Shown: piece by piece, positions 1 through 15,000 of the stretch
Layout of the letters: every line of letters begins with the position of its first letter
Position numbering within the stretch: the first letter of the stretch is position 1
Translations under genes and position numbers: made by a program
Source: Botryllus schlosseri
Taxonomy: Eukaryota
Length of the DNA: 64,000 bases
Reading direction: 5' to 3'
NCBI GenBank assembly: GCA_051294905.1
Contig: CM119379.1
Coordinates: 11,036,001 to 11,100,000, forward strand
Notes under the pieces: generated by a model
Seen by the model: the letters and a program-made list of their open reading frames with translations, nothing else
Database searches by the model: none
What the model was told of the DNA's origin: nothing

Positions 1-25
1 AATAAACTGAATTTAAAAATTTCAG

Positions 26-3000
26 CACCGATGTCGAGAAACGATCGGACATTGTCGCGAATCTTTGTGCCTCTCAGCTCCAGTGTGGTACTGCCGAAGA
101 TGTTCTGGAAAGAGTCAAGTCAGAGTTGAAGCACGTTTCTGAAAATGACGAAGTCCAAGCTGTTTATTATGAACTGGTGTTCCAAGCTTTGCAGATGGTT
201 AAAGGTGGAAGTGAAACCGCGAAATACGATGATCTGGTGGGCTACGCGATTGAAATAATATATAAATTTATATGATTCGGGTGTTTAGCATGATAGGATT
301 ATTTTGTTTCTGATTGCGAATCCCATGATGCATTTATGTGTCTTCAAAGTGCCACAAAATTTTTTATACCAAGCATATTATCCCAACCAATGGGGCACGT
401 TACTGATCACAATCAATACCCATAGTCTATTGATGGTGATATTTAGCTTAAGATTGATATCGTTTCTGCTCGGATACAGTGCACGAAATCCTTTGACATT
501 TTAAAATGCTCTCAATTAGTCGATGAAGTGCTCAATTAGCTCATAGCCTCGAAGTGATTTGCAAATCGCAAAATAGACCAATAAGCTTTGATCGCTTGGG
601 CACTCAGTGTGTCACAATCACGTTCCTGAAAACATGTTTTGAACAGGTCAATGAGGCATTCCGCCTTATCGAAGATGCTAAGCCACAGGACAAATCAGTT
701 TTGCAATATCTTCGATGTTATCTGCTGCATGTAAATCGCGATATGGAACTCGTACGTAGCAAACTGTCCCGTATACTGGACGCGTTTTCTAAATTGTCGG
801 AAAGTTTCCCAGAAGAATCTTTGCCGTGGGAGGTCATGTGCGAAGCTGTAATACAAAATTGTGAGTATTGTGTGTTGAATCTTCTTAATGGTTGGACATG
901 GTTATTTACAATCTATGCCAGCACTACAAATACCAATCAGTTCTTCAATACATGATTGCTGCATCTTAGCATGGACTTTTTATTTAGCTTTAATGCTATC
1001 CGCAGTGATGCGGTTTGAATTTATCATCCTGATATACGCAATGCGAGACTTATGTACCTACTTCTGCTCAGCTCCTTTTTTTGTAATGCAATGTTTTTTT
1101 TTTGCTGTAACGTATATTGCTCCATACCGTAAGCCAGTGGTGTGCAACCTTTTTAATAAGCGAGCCACATATAAGTAACTTGTAACCGTGGGCCGCGTAT
1201 TAGCTTACTAGTAGTTGCAAAACACATTATCTCATTAAGAATTGGTAGTGTCGAAAAGTCTGATCAATAAAGTTTGATCGGGGCCTACAATATCATAAGC
1301 CCCGGTTCAATATTGGACTGCACATAACACATACCCAGTAGCTAAATCCTGCTTGCAGCTTTCAGCTTGAAGATTAACCTTCAGGTTATTGTCACAAGTC
1401 GACATCTGCACCTTTTATTGTTTTTTTTTCTGCCCTCTAACAATTATGCTCTACAGGCAGCCAGTTGCATACCCCGCTGTAAGCAATGTATGCTGTGATG
1501 GATTTTTATGTGTCATATCTATCGTGATTCGCTGGATTAGTGCCTGTTATCTGACCCTAGAAAGCAATATTACAGGTTTGACTTCTACAGCAAGTTGTCG
1601 TCCGTAAACCCAGTTATTGGCGGTTCATTAGTGGAATGTTTACGTTGCCATTAGTGGCCATCATTTGAGCGAAGTGCGGCGTTGAAGTGATACTTGAAAT
1701 GGTTCTTGGCTTTGAGGATCAAAGCAATCGGTGGGAGTGATATCAACAAAATCACTAAACTCCAATCTAAGTTGTGTTTTGCATCTGAAACCGCTCATAC
1801 TTCATAACTTGTTTTATGTAATTTCTTTTTTTTTTCAGGCCACCAACCAGTACTGGATGAAGAATCGATAGCCTCCCATCTGAAACTTTGCGATAGCCCG
1901 TATGCCGAAATTTTTTCCGGACACGTCAATTTGAAATTGAAAAGTTTCGAAGAATCTAGCAACCAACTATCGACTTCGATGGCTGGATGCTCCAATTTCT
2001 TACCCGGCTGGGTTGATCTATGCGAAGCGAGTGTGATGTTGCGAAAATATGCAAACGTGAGGAGCTATGCCAGGTAATTGCCACTTATTAGGCCTACTAT
2101 GCCAACGCTTGAACTGGGCCCCCAATGAACATCTTTGCATGAAAGACAAATCAGGGAACAATCCATCGAACGCATCAGGACATGGGATGATTTTTTTAAA
2201 TAATTTGTCAACTCCAGTACATCAAGCGGAATTGTAGCTACTTCGTCTAACTTACCTTAACCTTTACTGAACGGCGGGCCTCTATGCAAAAATTTGGGTG
2301 GATTCACAAAAATGTTCATAAAATCCGAACGCCGGGACTTGAACCAACGACTAAAGTATCGCCAGAATATGCGTTTCAATACGCAACAAACTAAGCTAAT
2401 TTGACGGCGCTTGCGTTGGGATATCATGATGTAATGATCCCGAGTGTTCTCGATTTCTCATCTGAGAAAAGAGAAAATTGGTATTCATTTGGTCGTGACG
2501 CCATTTCTAATCCTTATTATGTTATAGTGATCGCTTGACCGAATTCTCAGCTATATCATCTCTCGAAAGAGTCCTGAGTGACGTGTTTACCTTATGTAGT
2601 TCTCTAGTAATGAACTCAGAAGTACATGCGATTTGAGCGTGCGTGTTGCGGTTTGCGTAAGATGACTCACACTGCGTGTCGATTACACGTGGCAGCCACT
2701 TCACAGTCACTAAGCTATTGTTTTTGTGATCAATGATAACTAATACAGCATTGTTATCCATGGCATTAGACATCTAGCAAATCTGCCGATTCGAAAGACA
2801 ATCATAATACAGGGTATATTGTCTCACATAGGTGACACGCGGGTGTCGTTTCTACGCAGTACAGTGATGTTTTCTTTCATATCTATATGAAAGGTAATAC
2901 ACATCACCACGTGCGATTTATTGGCGTCAATATGATCGGCATTTATCATTGGCGGGATTATAAATCTTATAAATGGCTGGGTGCATGTGTGTCGATAGAA

Positions 3001-6000
3001 GCCATCCACAGCACAGTACTGCAACATCATAAGACCATTATAACACATTATATCTCCGATTAGGTGTAGCGTGTACGACTGTACGTACAGGGAAGACTTT
3101 GCATGTCTGGTCTTGTCGACACACGCAAAATTCGTTTTTCTGTATTCTACCAGCATTTGAACAGGTTATACGTTGCTCGTTGTTTTGGACGACACGCCGG
3201 CAACCCCTAACATAGTCCAACCACTCACCTACGGTAACTGAAACCAATCGGCCCTTGTAAACTTCAATTATTTGTCTTTCAAATGAATCATAAATCGACA
3301 TTGTCACTGGTATAAACTATCACGCAAATCAAATCGACATGAATCATTTGTATCTCAGGTGAGTCATCCATCAGTAGGATGCCTGGTCATGACATATCCA
3401 TGGTCTGACTTCCTAATCGCAGACTTTCTAGCCCCTAAATTCAAAGTATCGCTACACACTTGGGTTCAATCGTGTTTTACCCACTGCAATATTCGTCCAC
3501 GATCCAATTTTTACACGGGACCATTAAAATGAGACGCTTACCATAAAAAAGCAGCTTGGGCATCTTTAACTTTGATTATACATGATGCGCAATGTGGTCC
3601 AATCTATCCATCTTTATTAAAAATTTGTGAAGGATAAATTTTCTAAATTTAATACATAAAATGTTTGTGACCGTATGCCCTGGTATCGCCATATTAATTT
3701 TAAATCGAATCTGTTTCCAGTGGCATATCGTGTCGATATGAGCAATGATAGCTTTTGCAACATAGGTTAGGCTACCAATCATATATTGCTGCGTTACACG
3801 ACACACGTAGTTCTATCTGGAAACGACATTTGATGATATTACGTTTAGGAGCGGTCTCGGAGAATACAAAGCCATTTCCAATGGGACACGTACTGGATGG
3901 CTGCTACGTGTGGCAAACATGGACAAAATTAAATTCAAACTTACAAAAAATCTTGCTGTCGGATTGTGTCACTCTCGTTACCCCGATGACTTTGCGAAAG
4001 GGATGGTAACTTTCGAAAAAGTAAGGTTATTCAGAAATTGTATATTCATAAACATCATTCTATTTTATTGACTAAATTTGCTATTTAAAAAATGGAGTGT
4101 TTATAGTATGGGGTATTCAAAATATGGGTAAGTAATGCAGGAACAGGCACAATTTAAAAATAAATCACATAGCCAGTGATTGAGAACTATATTCCGTTAT
4201 GTATCTGACAATATCAGTCCTGATACTGATCGCAAATACATTCATTTTTCTCTCTTATCTCGACAAGTTCCCTGGATCAAGGGACCATAGAACTCTACTG
4301 TTCGCATGGTTATGTAGCCTGATTGTTTTCAATAATTTATTTGGTTACTAAGTAATTTCTGAATTGTTGGGCTTGCTTGATTTATGTCAAAGTCAATCAA
4401 CTGCACAGTAATGTTATATTTACTGCCTGCTGCTTCATACACTCTTAAACTTCATAAATGCAGCGGCCCTTGCCTTTTAATCTGCAAGCGTGATTACATA
4501 AACATCGTCTGCGTGATTGCATAAACATCGTCTGCGTGATCTCAATCAGTACATAGCCTAAATGTCAATATGCCCATTCTATATATGTGGAACATGGGGA
4601 ATTGTAGTGCTGATAAAAGCAAATTTTGATTTATTAAGAATCCTAGTTGTGTATTTACTGAAAGGAGATGTCTTTATGAACATTGGGACTTGAAATCACA
4701 TCTGACCTCTAAATATTTACTGTTCTGTTCTTCTATGACCTGCCCTTGATGATATAAACCTGGTATTGCTTTGCTTCGAAATATATGGTAATTCACAATG
4801 AATAATATTCCAGCTATTAGCAATGGCACCCACCGACGCATCGCTGCATTTGGCTATTGGCGAAGGTCATATTTCACAAAGCGATTTCGCCAAGGCAATG
4901 CAATCAATGCTGAAAGCACAAGAATTGGATCCTAATCAGCAAGATGCTCAAGCCTGGATCGCGTATCTCGATACAAAGGTACCACAAAATATATCGATGT
5001 TGCTACTAGTGACACAGAGATCCTTTACTACATGGGAATCTGTATGCAGATGGGGAAAATGAAAGAAGAGGGAATCTCACTGTTACAATCCATGCAGCCT
5101 TCATCTTTAACCATGTATCTGCTTGGGAGAAGTATGTGGGAGGCTGATGGACATTACAGAAAAGAAAAAAAGAATTGCTTCACTGCGCTTGTGAAGGTTA
5201 TTTTCATGATTATCTTCACAGTCACTGTTTTTATTTGTGTGGAGTGACGATAGAATGCCAGTCCCTCATTCGAATCTATTTGTGCTCCAGGTCTGTTTTG
5301 GCGGTAATTTAGATTAGTTCCTGAGAAGTCGAGAATCATTTATTCAAACTTTTTCCATGAGTATACGAACATTCGATCTCTTTATCATTTCTTGCTCCAT
5401 CGATTATGAAAGTGTGGATAAGGAGTTCCCAAATTTCTTTGAGCGTAGACCCTTTCAAGTATTGTGGGTGGTTGTGCGTACCCCAAAAATTTCAGCCATT
5501 GATGACTGGATGATAATCACCTCAAGCTCTATTTCGGCTATTCCGTGCCTGAAATAAGATAACTAATGACTAAACCCGTTAGTCACATTCCCACTCAAGA
5601 CAACAAAGGATAATCTGGTTTTTTAGGCTAGTCTCGTATTGGCGTATTGCCCTTTTACAGACCCGCGATAAGTTTGTGGCCCCATAAAGGATCTGTGGAC
5701 CCCTGTTTAAGAATCCTGGTTTAGATGCAGTTCACTTACTTTACCTGTAGTACCTAGAAACATTGACCTCCATGATCATTTTTGTTAGTCTTTTCCAAGG
5801 CAATGGGAAATTTTTTGTTGCTCTCATTGAGCGTCTGCACACCAATTGCAAATCGTTGGAAAAGTAAGGAGAGTAAGAAAGCACAAAACGGCTCCATTTC
5901 CTATATTGTAAATTATACCAAAATTGCAATAAATGCCTAAATCTGGTATTCAATCAATGCTCCTTGTCAACGGCCCAGAATTCCCAACGTTATGCCTGAT

Positions 6001-9000
6001 ATGCTGATACACGAAGCAAGTCAATGATGCCAATTTCCTCTGGTAGCTCTGGCACTACACTCTTCAGATGACCGTGTCTCAGTAGGCCTATTTCACTGTC
6101 TTTTTCTTTAAAAGGCGGCCAAACTAGATCCATGGCGCGGAGACATCTTTTTCTTGCTTGGAAATTTTTACGCCAAAGTGCAAAAAGATAGTGCCAGAGC
6201 GAAGGGATGTTATCAAAAAGCCTACGCGCTCGACCCACAGCATCAGGAAGCGGCTGCTTGCATTGCGGACAGCTATGTGGATGATGGTATGTGTTTTCCA
6301 TTAGGGTAATCCAAGAAATTCATGTATTATACACTTGTAGATTATCACCCTTTGTGAATACTGGAAAGTAAAGATATAATAATAATAATCTTTTAAGACT
6401 GTAGAGAAGTAGTTCCCGATCAAATACCACATCCTCTTGTTTGATTGACCATTTCATCTGCTAGGAGTGGAGTTTATCTATTTGTAAACCAGTGATGTTT
6501 TGGCTGGTGAGAGTCTTAGCACCTTTTTGTCACGACTAACAATTTTTCTCAGCACTTTGTTTTGCTGCACTGGTGGTGGGGTGCCAGTGCACTGCCTCGA
6601 ATGATATTTTCATTTCTGTAACCAATGCAACAGTATATTTCAATGAATAGAAGTTCCGTTGACAGACAGCTTAATTACTCGGTGTTTTAGAATATTATGG
6701 TGCGGTGACAAATCTAATTGCTCCTTTTTGCTAATTAGGCTCAAGCATCCAGATTGTGTGCTTCAACTCATTCAGCAACGTGTTTTAGCCGCTGTTATAC
6801 TGGTAATGACAATGTGGGATTGAACATGAGGATTTTGTTTGTTCCAAAACACAGTATCAACACACAGTTTAGACCAGTGATTCCCAACTGCGGCCCCCAG
6901 AGAGCCTTCTTGCGACCCCCAAAATATAGTAAGAAATCGATTTATGACAAAAAAAATAAAACTTATATTTATAAAATACTCTTGCTTGGCTTGACCTCTG
7001 TAATTTTTGATTATAGAATTTCAGGAAGTTGTGAGTAGACTGCTAACGTTACGTCACTGCTGTTTCAATGCAATGTCCCCTAACTTTCCAGTTGAACGAG
7101 CAGTAGCTATAGATATATACATGTATTGATAACTTTCAAAACCAGAGGAAAATCCTGAAGAAAATGGTACATTTTTCCCACTTCATGGTTGCTTGACTAA
7201 AAAAGAAAAATAGGCTCAACTCCCAGAAAATCAGTTTTTCTTTCACATTAACAGGTGGTTGACTTAAAAAAGGTCTACTTTTCAGCCCAGCTCCCGAAAT
7301 AGCCGCCTTAGCGTTCCTACAGTGCTGACTTAATGTATATCAGTCGAATTTGCCCCTATATTCAACCAAAATTTTCAAAAAAGAAGACAAAATCTCACAA
7401 AAAGAAGACATTTGGGCGTCCTCCGAGGACACTTTCAAAAAATTAAAAAAGAGGACAAATTCTCCTAAAAGAGGACGTATGGTAACCCTATGATAACTAG
7501 ATGTGCGACACGTGACTCGCGGTTGAATATGCCGAGATGCGTACTGCTTACCCGGGTAAAAGCAGCATAATTGGTAGTCCTATAGCCAGGGCCGTAACTG
7601 CCGCAGTCCAAACCCCCCAATTGAGACGGGCCGAGCTCGCAGGAGGCCCACAATTCTTTTGTGAATTAGCATAATTATAGAGTAATTTTTAAAAATTTAT
7701 GCAACATTTTCAAAAATTGTTCGCGCTTGGCGCGAATTTAATTCGCCACATATCTTGATTATTGGGTACTCTTCCCCTTCAAAAAATTAGGCAAGATTTA
7801 TAGAAATAGGCATATCGGGGTTGGCCATTACCGCACCACAACGCACCAAGACATATAAAGTTTTAGGCCATGTAACATGCGACTCCAAGAAGTGTGCCAG
7901 AACGATCGGCAACGAGAAAACCTTGGCCGTAAAGGACTGCTTTTATGCTGATCAAAAACTTTGTTATATATACAAAATACATATAGGTTTAATTGTCCAT
8001 ATAAGCACCTAAATGACTGGCGCCGAATGTTCCTGTCTTGGCAATCTGAACCTGACAAGACAAATACCATCCCGCAGGGCAAATATATATGCCAGTGAAG
8101 AAATACCAATCTGAAATCGTGAGATCTTTCAGTTTAGTAGGTTTGGGCAATTCTACATTTTTTTGATATAGCAGACAGGAGGTCACGAAATAACATCATG
8201 TGAAGACGTCATACCAAGGGGTCCGCCCGCCCGAAGATGTTCAATTTTATGGGGTCTACAGTTTCAAAGACACCTCTCACTCAGCTCTACTGGTAAATCT
8301 GATTACGTGAGCAGTGAGGACAACCATGCAATTCCCGATCTTATTCACCGATTTGATCATGAATTATGGAAATATTCGCGCTTCGCGCTGGCTCACTAAA
8401 CAATACAACTTTAAGTTTGTGGCAAAAGCGAAAAACGTGATGCGGGGTCAGTTTATCACCTTTTTGGAGCCCGGGGGGCTGACGAAGTGCTGTTACATTC
8501 CTGCCAACGGGAATGCCCCGGATATATTTAATTATTATTGAACTATTATTATTTCAAACACACCTCACTCAGCTCTACCGGTAAATCATATTACGTGAAC
8601 AGTGACAGGATGAAAATTGATAGCAATATATGCAGTTCCCGATCAAATTGACCGATTCAGTCATGAAGTAAAGAAATTTTTCGCGCGTTCCCACGAGAAA
8701 AGCTGATTCATTCAATGGACACCCAATACAGCAGATAAGTAGCGGTAAACAGTGTACAGTTTTGAAATCTCGCCAGGGCAATAAAACTACTCCGAAATAG
8801 CCAGGTCGATTGTTCTGAACAATGGGAGCGGGGCAACACAATGACCATAACAATCGCCAATGGCGTCAAGCGATTGATCGGAACAATGCCAATTTTCATA
8901 TTTTGATGACTATTTGGTCCGTTTCATTGCCCTAGTATCCGTGCGGCCCCGACCGTACTCTGAAATTTTAAATTTGGCCCTCACACCGAAAAAGGTTGGG

Positions 9001-12000
9001 AACCACTGGTTTAGACCCTGCATTAAAACGTAACGAAGTCAGGTGCCATTACCTGGTAATCTTATTTCAAGAATGAATACAATGCTTGCAATAACCAGCA
9101 TTTTATAAAAATCTTGTTTGCGGCATGAAACATTCAAAAAGCAATAGCAGCGAGTCCGTGTATTTTACCTTCTCGCCGAGTGTTGGGAATTCATATTTTT
9201 CAGACATAATATCACGTCTGATTTCTAGGTCAGACCGAGCGAGCCATTCAGCTCTACGAGAATATAACCAAGGAGCTAGGGTCGGCTGGCGGAAAATGGG
9301 CGTGGCTGAGACTGGGATTGTACAAGCTCAAAGGGAAAGATATGTCAAACGCGATTCAGTGTTTCCAAGTCGCTCTGAGAATTGACAGCAATGACAGGTA
9401 CAAGCGATCTTTGCTTAGAATTATCGGAAATGATCAACATTGCCAATGGACCAAGAGTTCTTAACCTACCGTCCACGGACTAGTTTTAGGGGTTCCGTGC
9501 AGGGCAGGGTTAATGTTGAAACTGCAAACAATAAAGCTAATTACATTGTCCTTGTCACGGTAGCCACACTGACAATTCAAACACTAATAATTGCCTGCCT
9601 ACTGATAATCAGCCCGTTAACGAAAGCTAGTTGAAAGAGATCACCGTTTTTTAGTCAGCCGCCCAAATTTCGCAGTTTATCTACGTAGAATTTGACCGTG
9701 TTCGCGCAGTTCCAACAATGATCTTCGACTAGGTCACAGTAAGGCGCCATGCAACACCTTCCAAAATAATGTAAGGGTCATCGATAAAAAATGATAAGAA
9801 CCAGTACAATAGACCAAGGTTCACATTGGGAATGCATGAGACTAAAATGCATCTGATGACAAATTTTAGGTACATGTGAAATCACCCCTACTCTCAAGGG
9901 GCGTTGCTGATTGCCTCGTTAACCTATTCTATAACTAAACGAGCGTTTTCCTTTGTATAGCGTTTGTTGGGAATGCCTTGGCGAAGGTTACTTGCAGCGC
10001 GGCAGTTACACCGCGGCTTGGAAAGCCTTCGACCGCGCCAGGCAGCTCGAGCCGCGGTCTGTCTACTGTCTCTATCAGATCGCCAGAGTGAAACAAGTAC
10101 AAGGGCTCTACCCAGACGCGATTCAAGAATTCAAAAGCTTGCTGACGTTGTTTCCGGATTATGTTCCGGCTCTGAAAGGTGTCGTTGTCGGATTTTTTTG
10201 TCTGTAATTGTTTGGCAGCATTTCATGCCTTGCAGGGCTTGGGGAGAGCGAGTTGTGTCTGGCGAGGCACTTGTTTCACGAAGGTAGATACCGGACCGGC
10301 GTTGGCTGTATCGAGAACGCTATTGGGAGTTTGGTGACGGCATGTGCGTTGAGGTGCGTAGCTCGAATATGCCGATAATAATACTTCTGAGTGAAAGATT
10401 TTCACATTTCAAATGCCAAATCGATCTTGACCCATGCGTTGACTATTTGATATATTACTACCGTATCGAGATGAAAGAGCTGTGGTAATATTACGTAGCA
10501 GGGTTGTGATTGTAATTACTCCAGTCATGGCTGGACTCGAGTCGCAATTTTTCGTTGACTCAACTCGACTCGAGTCATAGCGCTTGACTCGACCAAGTGA
10601 TATCACTAAATACATTCTATATAACTTGGGTTACCATACGATTTGTCCTCCTTTTTTAAGAAATGTCCTTCCTTCTCCCAAAAGTCCTTCTTTTTGACAA
10701 TTTGTCTTTTTTTAGCCTAAAATCACCAAAAAGAAATTGTGGCCTAAAAGATAGACGATGGGTCGCGCCGGAGTAGAATCTGAAAAATGAATCTTTTTTC
10801 TCGTCACACTGGTGAAAGCGGGTGCTTCAGGAGTCAAATCGGGAAAATAACCGTTTTTTAGTCACCACAACAAGATTTTCAGTAAATATTTCAAATCAGC
10901 TGTTTTAAATTTCGGTAAAATATCTTCTATGATTTGTAAAAAGTGTATCTCGGGAACGATGCTCGCAGAATAGGAGCGTAAACCCTATTCTATCTGTTTG
11001 AATAAACATGTGGAGAGTGAGAAAAATTAGTATACCTAATTACTTATGAATGTGAGGACATCAATATCACCCCAGATTTTCACACTTAAGTGAGTTGAAC
11101 CCATCTTGATCTCAATAATGAACAGTGAACCCCATGAATAGGACTCGGACTTGACTCGGTGATGAAGGCGACTTGACTCGAGTCAAAACTATAAAAACAA
11201 AATGGACTTGCGACTCGGAACCTTGGGACTTGGTTACAACCCAGCTACGTGGTGATGAAATAATTTGTCTGGGGGCCGCCTACGATATAGAAGTTTTGAG
11301 ATACTACGGCATGGGCAAAAATCAAAATATATGTTGACCTTTCCACTAATCTTTACATGAAATCAATTTAATTATGTAACATCCTGATATATGATATCCT
11401 GTTTATATTCCATGTAGGACATATTCAGGGTGTTTGGACTATGAGTATTGTAGTCTTCTATTCATGTCTTCCAAAATCCCTGCCATATTTTGGAAAAATA
11501 TCAGCTCATAACGGCTTATACTCCAAAAACTACTGGCAAAATTTGAAAATTCCTGTAATGTACTACCAAGGGATCATTTCAAGCACAGAGTGTGCAGTGC
11601 AATGTGCATTTTCACCTTGCGTTTTGTTGTTTAGGACTTGAAAGAATTACTTGGTGATTTGTCTTCTAGGAAAGACTTATGCTGCCTGTGGAAACTTCTG
11701 GGAGATTGCTGCGTTCTTGTGCATTCCCTGAGTGATGAGGTCGCCGAGGTTTCCGTGCCTACCATTATCATGGGAGGAGACGCACACGGGAAGACTGTCA
11801 TTGAAAAGTCACAGGTTCACTTCTTAGAAATTGCTAGTTTATTCCGATACTGCTACCTTATCTAATTCCCGTTGATCTGCTGCTGAAGTATTCAACCCCT
11901 TGGTCAAATATACAATATAAATCTACTTTCTGAAGTAAGCCTACTTTCCAGACCTTTCATTTTGTACTGCCACATAAAGTAGTTTTGACATATCTTTATA

Positions 12001-15000
12001 ATTGTTACTTCTACCTGTAATTAACTAAAAAATTATGTAATTACTTCTGCTACAGCAGTGGTTCTCAACCCTTTTGTTTTCATGGAACCCCACTGACCCA
12101 TCAAGTTTTAGTTTTAATATAGCTCAATTATTTTGTAACCATAGTCTGTCTTGTGCAAATATGAACTGCAGGCTAGTGATATAGAGCAACAAAATGACTT
12201 TTCTTGTAAATAACATGTAGAAATTGGGAATACTGATTATTTTGTTGCTGCATTTCTTGAAATATGCGATCGTGTCCTTAAAAATCCGTGCCATCAATTT
12301 AATATGAACGAGTGCCGAAAATCCATTTCCGCAAAGATAGGTGGTGGCGCTTTTCCGCAAAGATAGGTGGTGGCGAATGTAATGTAAGTTTCAGTTTGTG
12401 CTGAGTTTGAAGTTTTAGCAGTTATGAAGTTAGACTGTCTCGTGATTTCTCTATTTTAAAAGAAATACAAATTAGGTTATCAACCATTTTGCAAATTTAG
12501 AGGTTTCGCGGACTCCCATGAAAATGTTTCGCGGAAACCCGGTTGAGAACACTGTACTTCAGCAACACTGACTGCTTTGACCACTTCCCGTCACACATTG
12601 AATGCCGTTAGTATACTTACAAACAGAATTTTCTAGACGCTTTCGCTTGCTGTGAGGTTCTACATCAGGTCGGTTGAATTGCAACCTGATAATGGATCGC
12701 TTTGGCACGATTTGGGAATCTCCTTTTTTCGCCAAGCCCAAAACGAGATGGATGAGGAACTGGCTGTTGATGCCGCTAGGAAATCGATGAATGTAATGAA
12801 TGTTACTCAAGAGCAATGTAGAATTTTGGGTTTAAGTTGTCTTTTCCATTTTCAGGCGTTAAAGAAAGCTCTCACACATGATCCGAAAAATCATGTCTTC
12901 TGGTGCAGTCTGGGAGTGGTCGCAGCGTCAAAATTTGCAAAGGTATCATCGTCCATATTCAATTACGCTTTTTGTGTGATTGGCTTGTCTGAAGTATTAT
13001 TGTTAGATCACGATGATATCTAGATGTTTGAGTCTATAGTATGAACCTGAGGCTACATCTCAAGCTAAATATACAGGCTATTTGTGGATAAAACAGGTTT
13101 TGATATCGTGAATTTTCTCAAGCTGGTCAATTGCTATTTCTTTCAAGACCCTTAGCATGGATTCTAATTATCTCCACAAATCAGGAAACTATTTGGCCGG
13201 CCGTACACACGCTGACAACATGTCCGATTAAGCATTGGTGTTGTTATTATTTTATTTTTGTTGCCAAATTTGTCTCTGTCACACAATTACCTGTACGTTG
13301 TTATATGCTGTTCTCTAGTCTGTTTTCTTGTCATCATTATGTTACAATGGCAAAATACTATATTTCGATTTTGGTGACCGTGTTTTCGTTCATTCGACGT
13401 TCGCTCCTCATGAGAGTCAGTGAGTTTGAGAGTGGAATAAATTCGGCCATATTGAACTCTGACATCGGACTTACTCCGGCACTTTCGTTAAAATTTCCAG
13501 GATCCTGCTTTGGCGCAACACTGTTTCCTGACTTCGATCAAGTGCGAACAGAACAACGTACAGGCCTGGAGCAATCTGGCGACACTGTATCTGGAACATG
13601 ATCACGTGAAAATGGCTCATGAAGCGTACAAAGTGGCGCAGAGCTTGGAACCTTCGTTCACAAACAGTTGGGTTGGACAGGTCTGTGTCGATAAATTTTC
13701 GCGCACAGTTTATATCTTGATACGACTTATCAAAGGTGGTAAGCAACAAAGTAGAGAGAATGGTTGTGTTTTCAAGCTACCAATGCCGTAGAGTCAATTT
13801 CAATTATTTACAGGCTATTATCGCAGAAACAATAGGTAGCAATGAAACCATGGACTTGTACCGGCACTCTACAGAACTGGGTCTGCAAAAACAGGGAAGC
13901 ACTGGTAGGCTTTGCAATTTTCTTTCTCGTTTTTTCCATTCCAATACAAGTCACGCTTGATTATAAAATAGGATATTTGCATTTCTTTTATAGGTTATTC
14001 TTCATGGGTGGCTAAAGTAATGAGAGACATATCAAACAGAAAATTAGGCATCTTCAAAGAAAATATCACAGACATGAATGCAGTGTCAACGGCTATGACT
14101 CAGATATCAAAGTCTTGCGCAAAGAATCCGAAATGGTACTGCTGCAATGTTTATGACGCCATCACCATCGTGTGCTAAGAGCTGTTCCTCTTGTGTCTCA
14201 GCCCTTGGTCATCCACCATACATGGATTTTTACTGGAACATTCTGGTTTGAACCAGTCTGCTGAAGCTTCCTATGGCCGTGCGTACAAGAGCTTGTACAG
14301 TCTCGGGTCTGGTAACGATGATATGCTAGGAAATAAAAAGAACATTGCTGCTTGTAACTTTGCGAGACTGCTCTGGTAAGTGTTCATTATAACTTTGTGA
14401 TGGTTTAACATTGATATATTCATAATCAACCATGATTTTTAGTAAAAACGGGAAGTACAAAGAAGCATGCTCGGCATACACTGAGCATTTGACATCGTTA
14501 GGTTTTTATGATACTTGCGGATTGGCCTTATCGTATTTCAACTTGGGCATGTATGAAAAGGCAGTGGAGTTTTATCAGATGGTAATTATGCTTTAACGCT
14601 TTCATTACTTGCTTTGATTCGCTGTAACAATTTCTCTTTTATCATAAGGCCGGAAGCAAGACTGCAGATGAAGCTGAGAAATCGCAAGTCATGGTGGCCC
14701 TTGCGATGGTTTATTGGAAAATGGGCAAAAAAGAGGAATCAAAGACAATGCTGTATCAATGCTTTCAAAATTCAAAACCAGGGCTGCAAGCTCTGTTGTC
14801 TTTCGGTGTGTTTTATGTATATGCATATGTTATTTGTATATGTCAAAAGTTTTTTATCCGACAAGATAGCGTAATGGTAAAGCGTCCGTCTTCTTGGTCG
14901 GCAGGTCGTTGGTTCGATCCCCGGCCAGGTCAGACCAAAGACCTGGTTAGTAACACTGGTATCCAATACTTCGCTGCTTGGCACTCAGCATTACCGGGAT

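Noticed and set aside
7821-8186. ORF-track peptides repeated at 32830-33237 and 52430-52830 as a gene family
   Set aside because: They lie in repeat family B, open frames differ in strand and phase between copies, and no domain is recognisable.
14864-14935. tRNA genes here and at 20573, 37535-37608, 41123 and 62570-62642
   Set aside because: A and B boxes are present, but acceptor stems do not pair and each continues into a shared SINE body.
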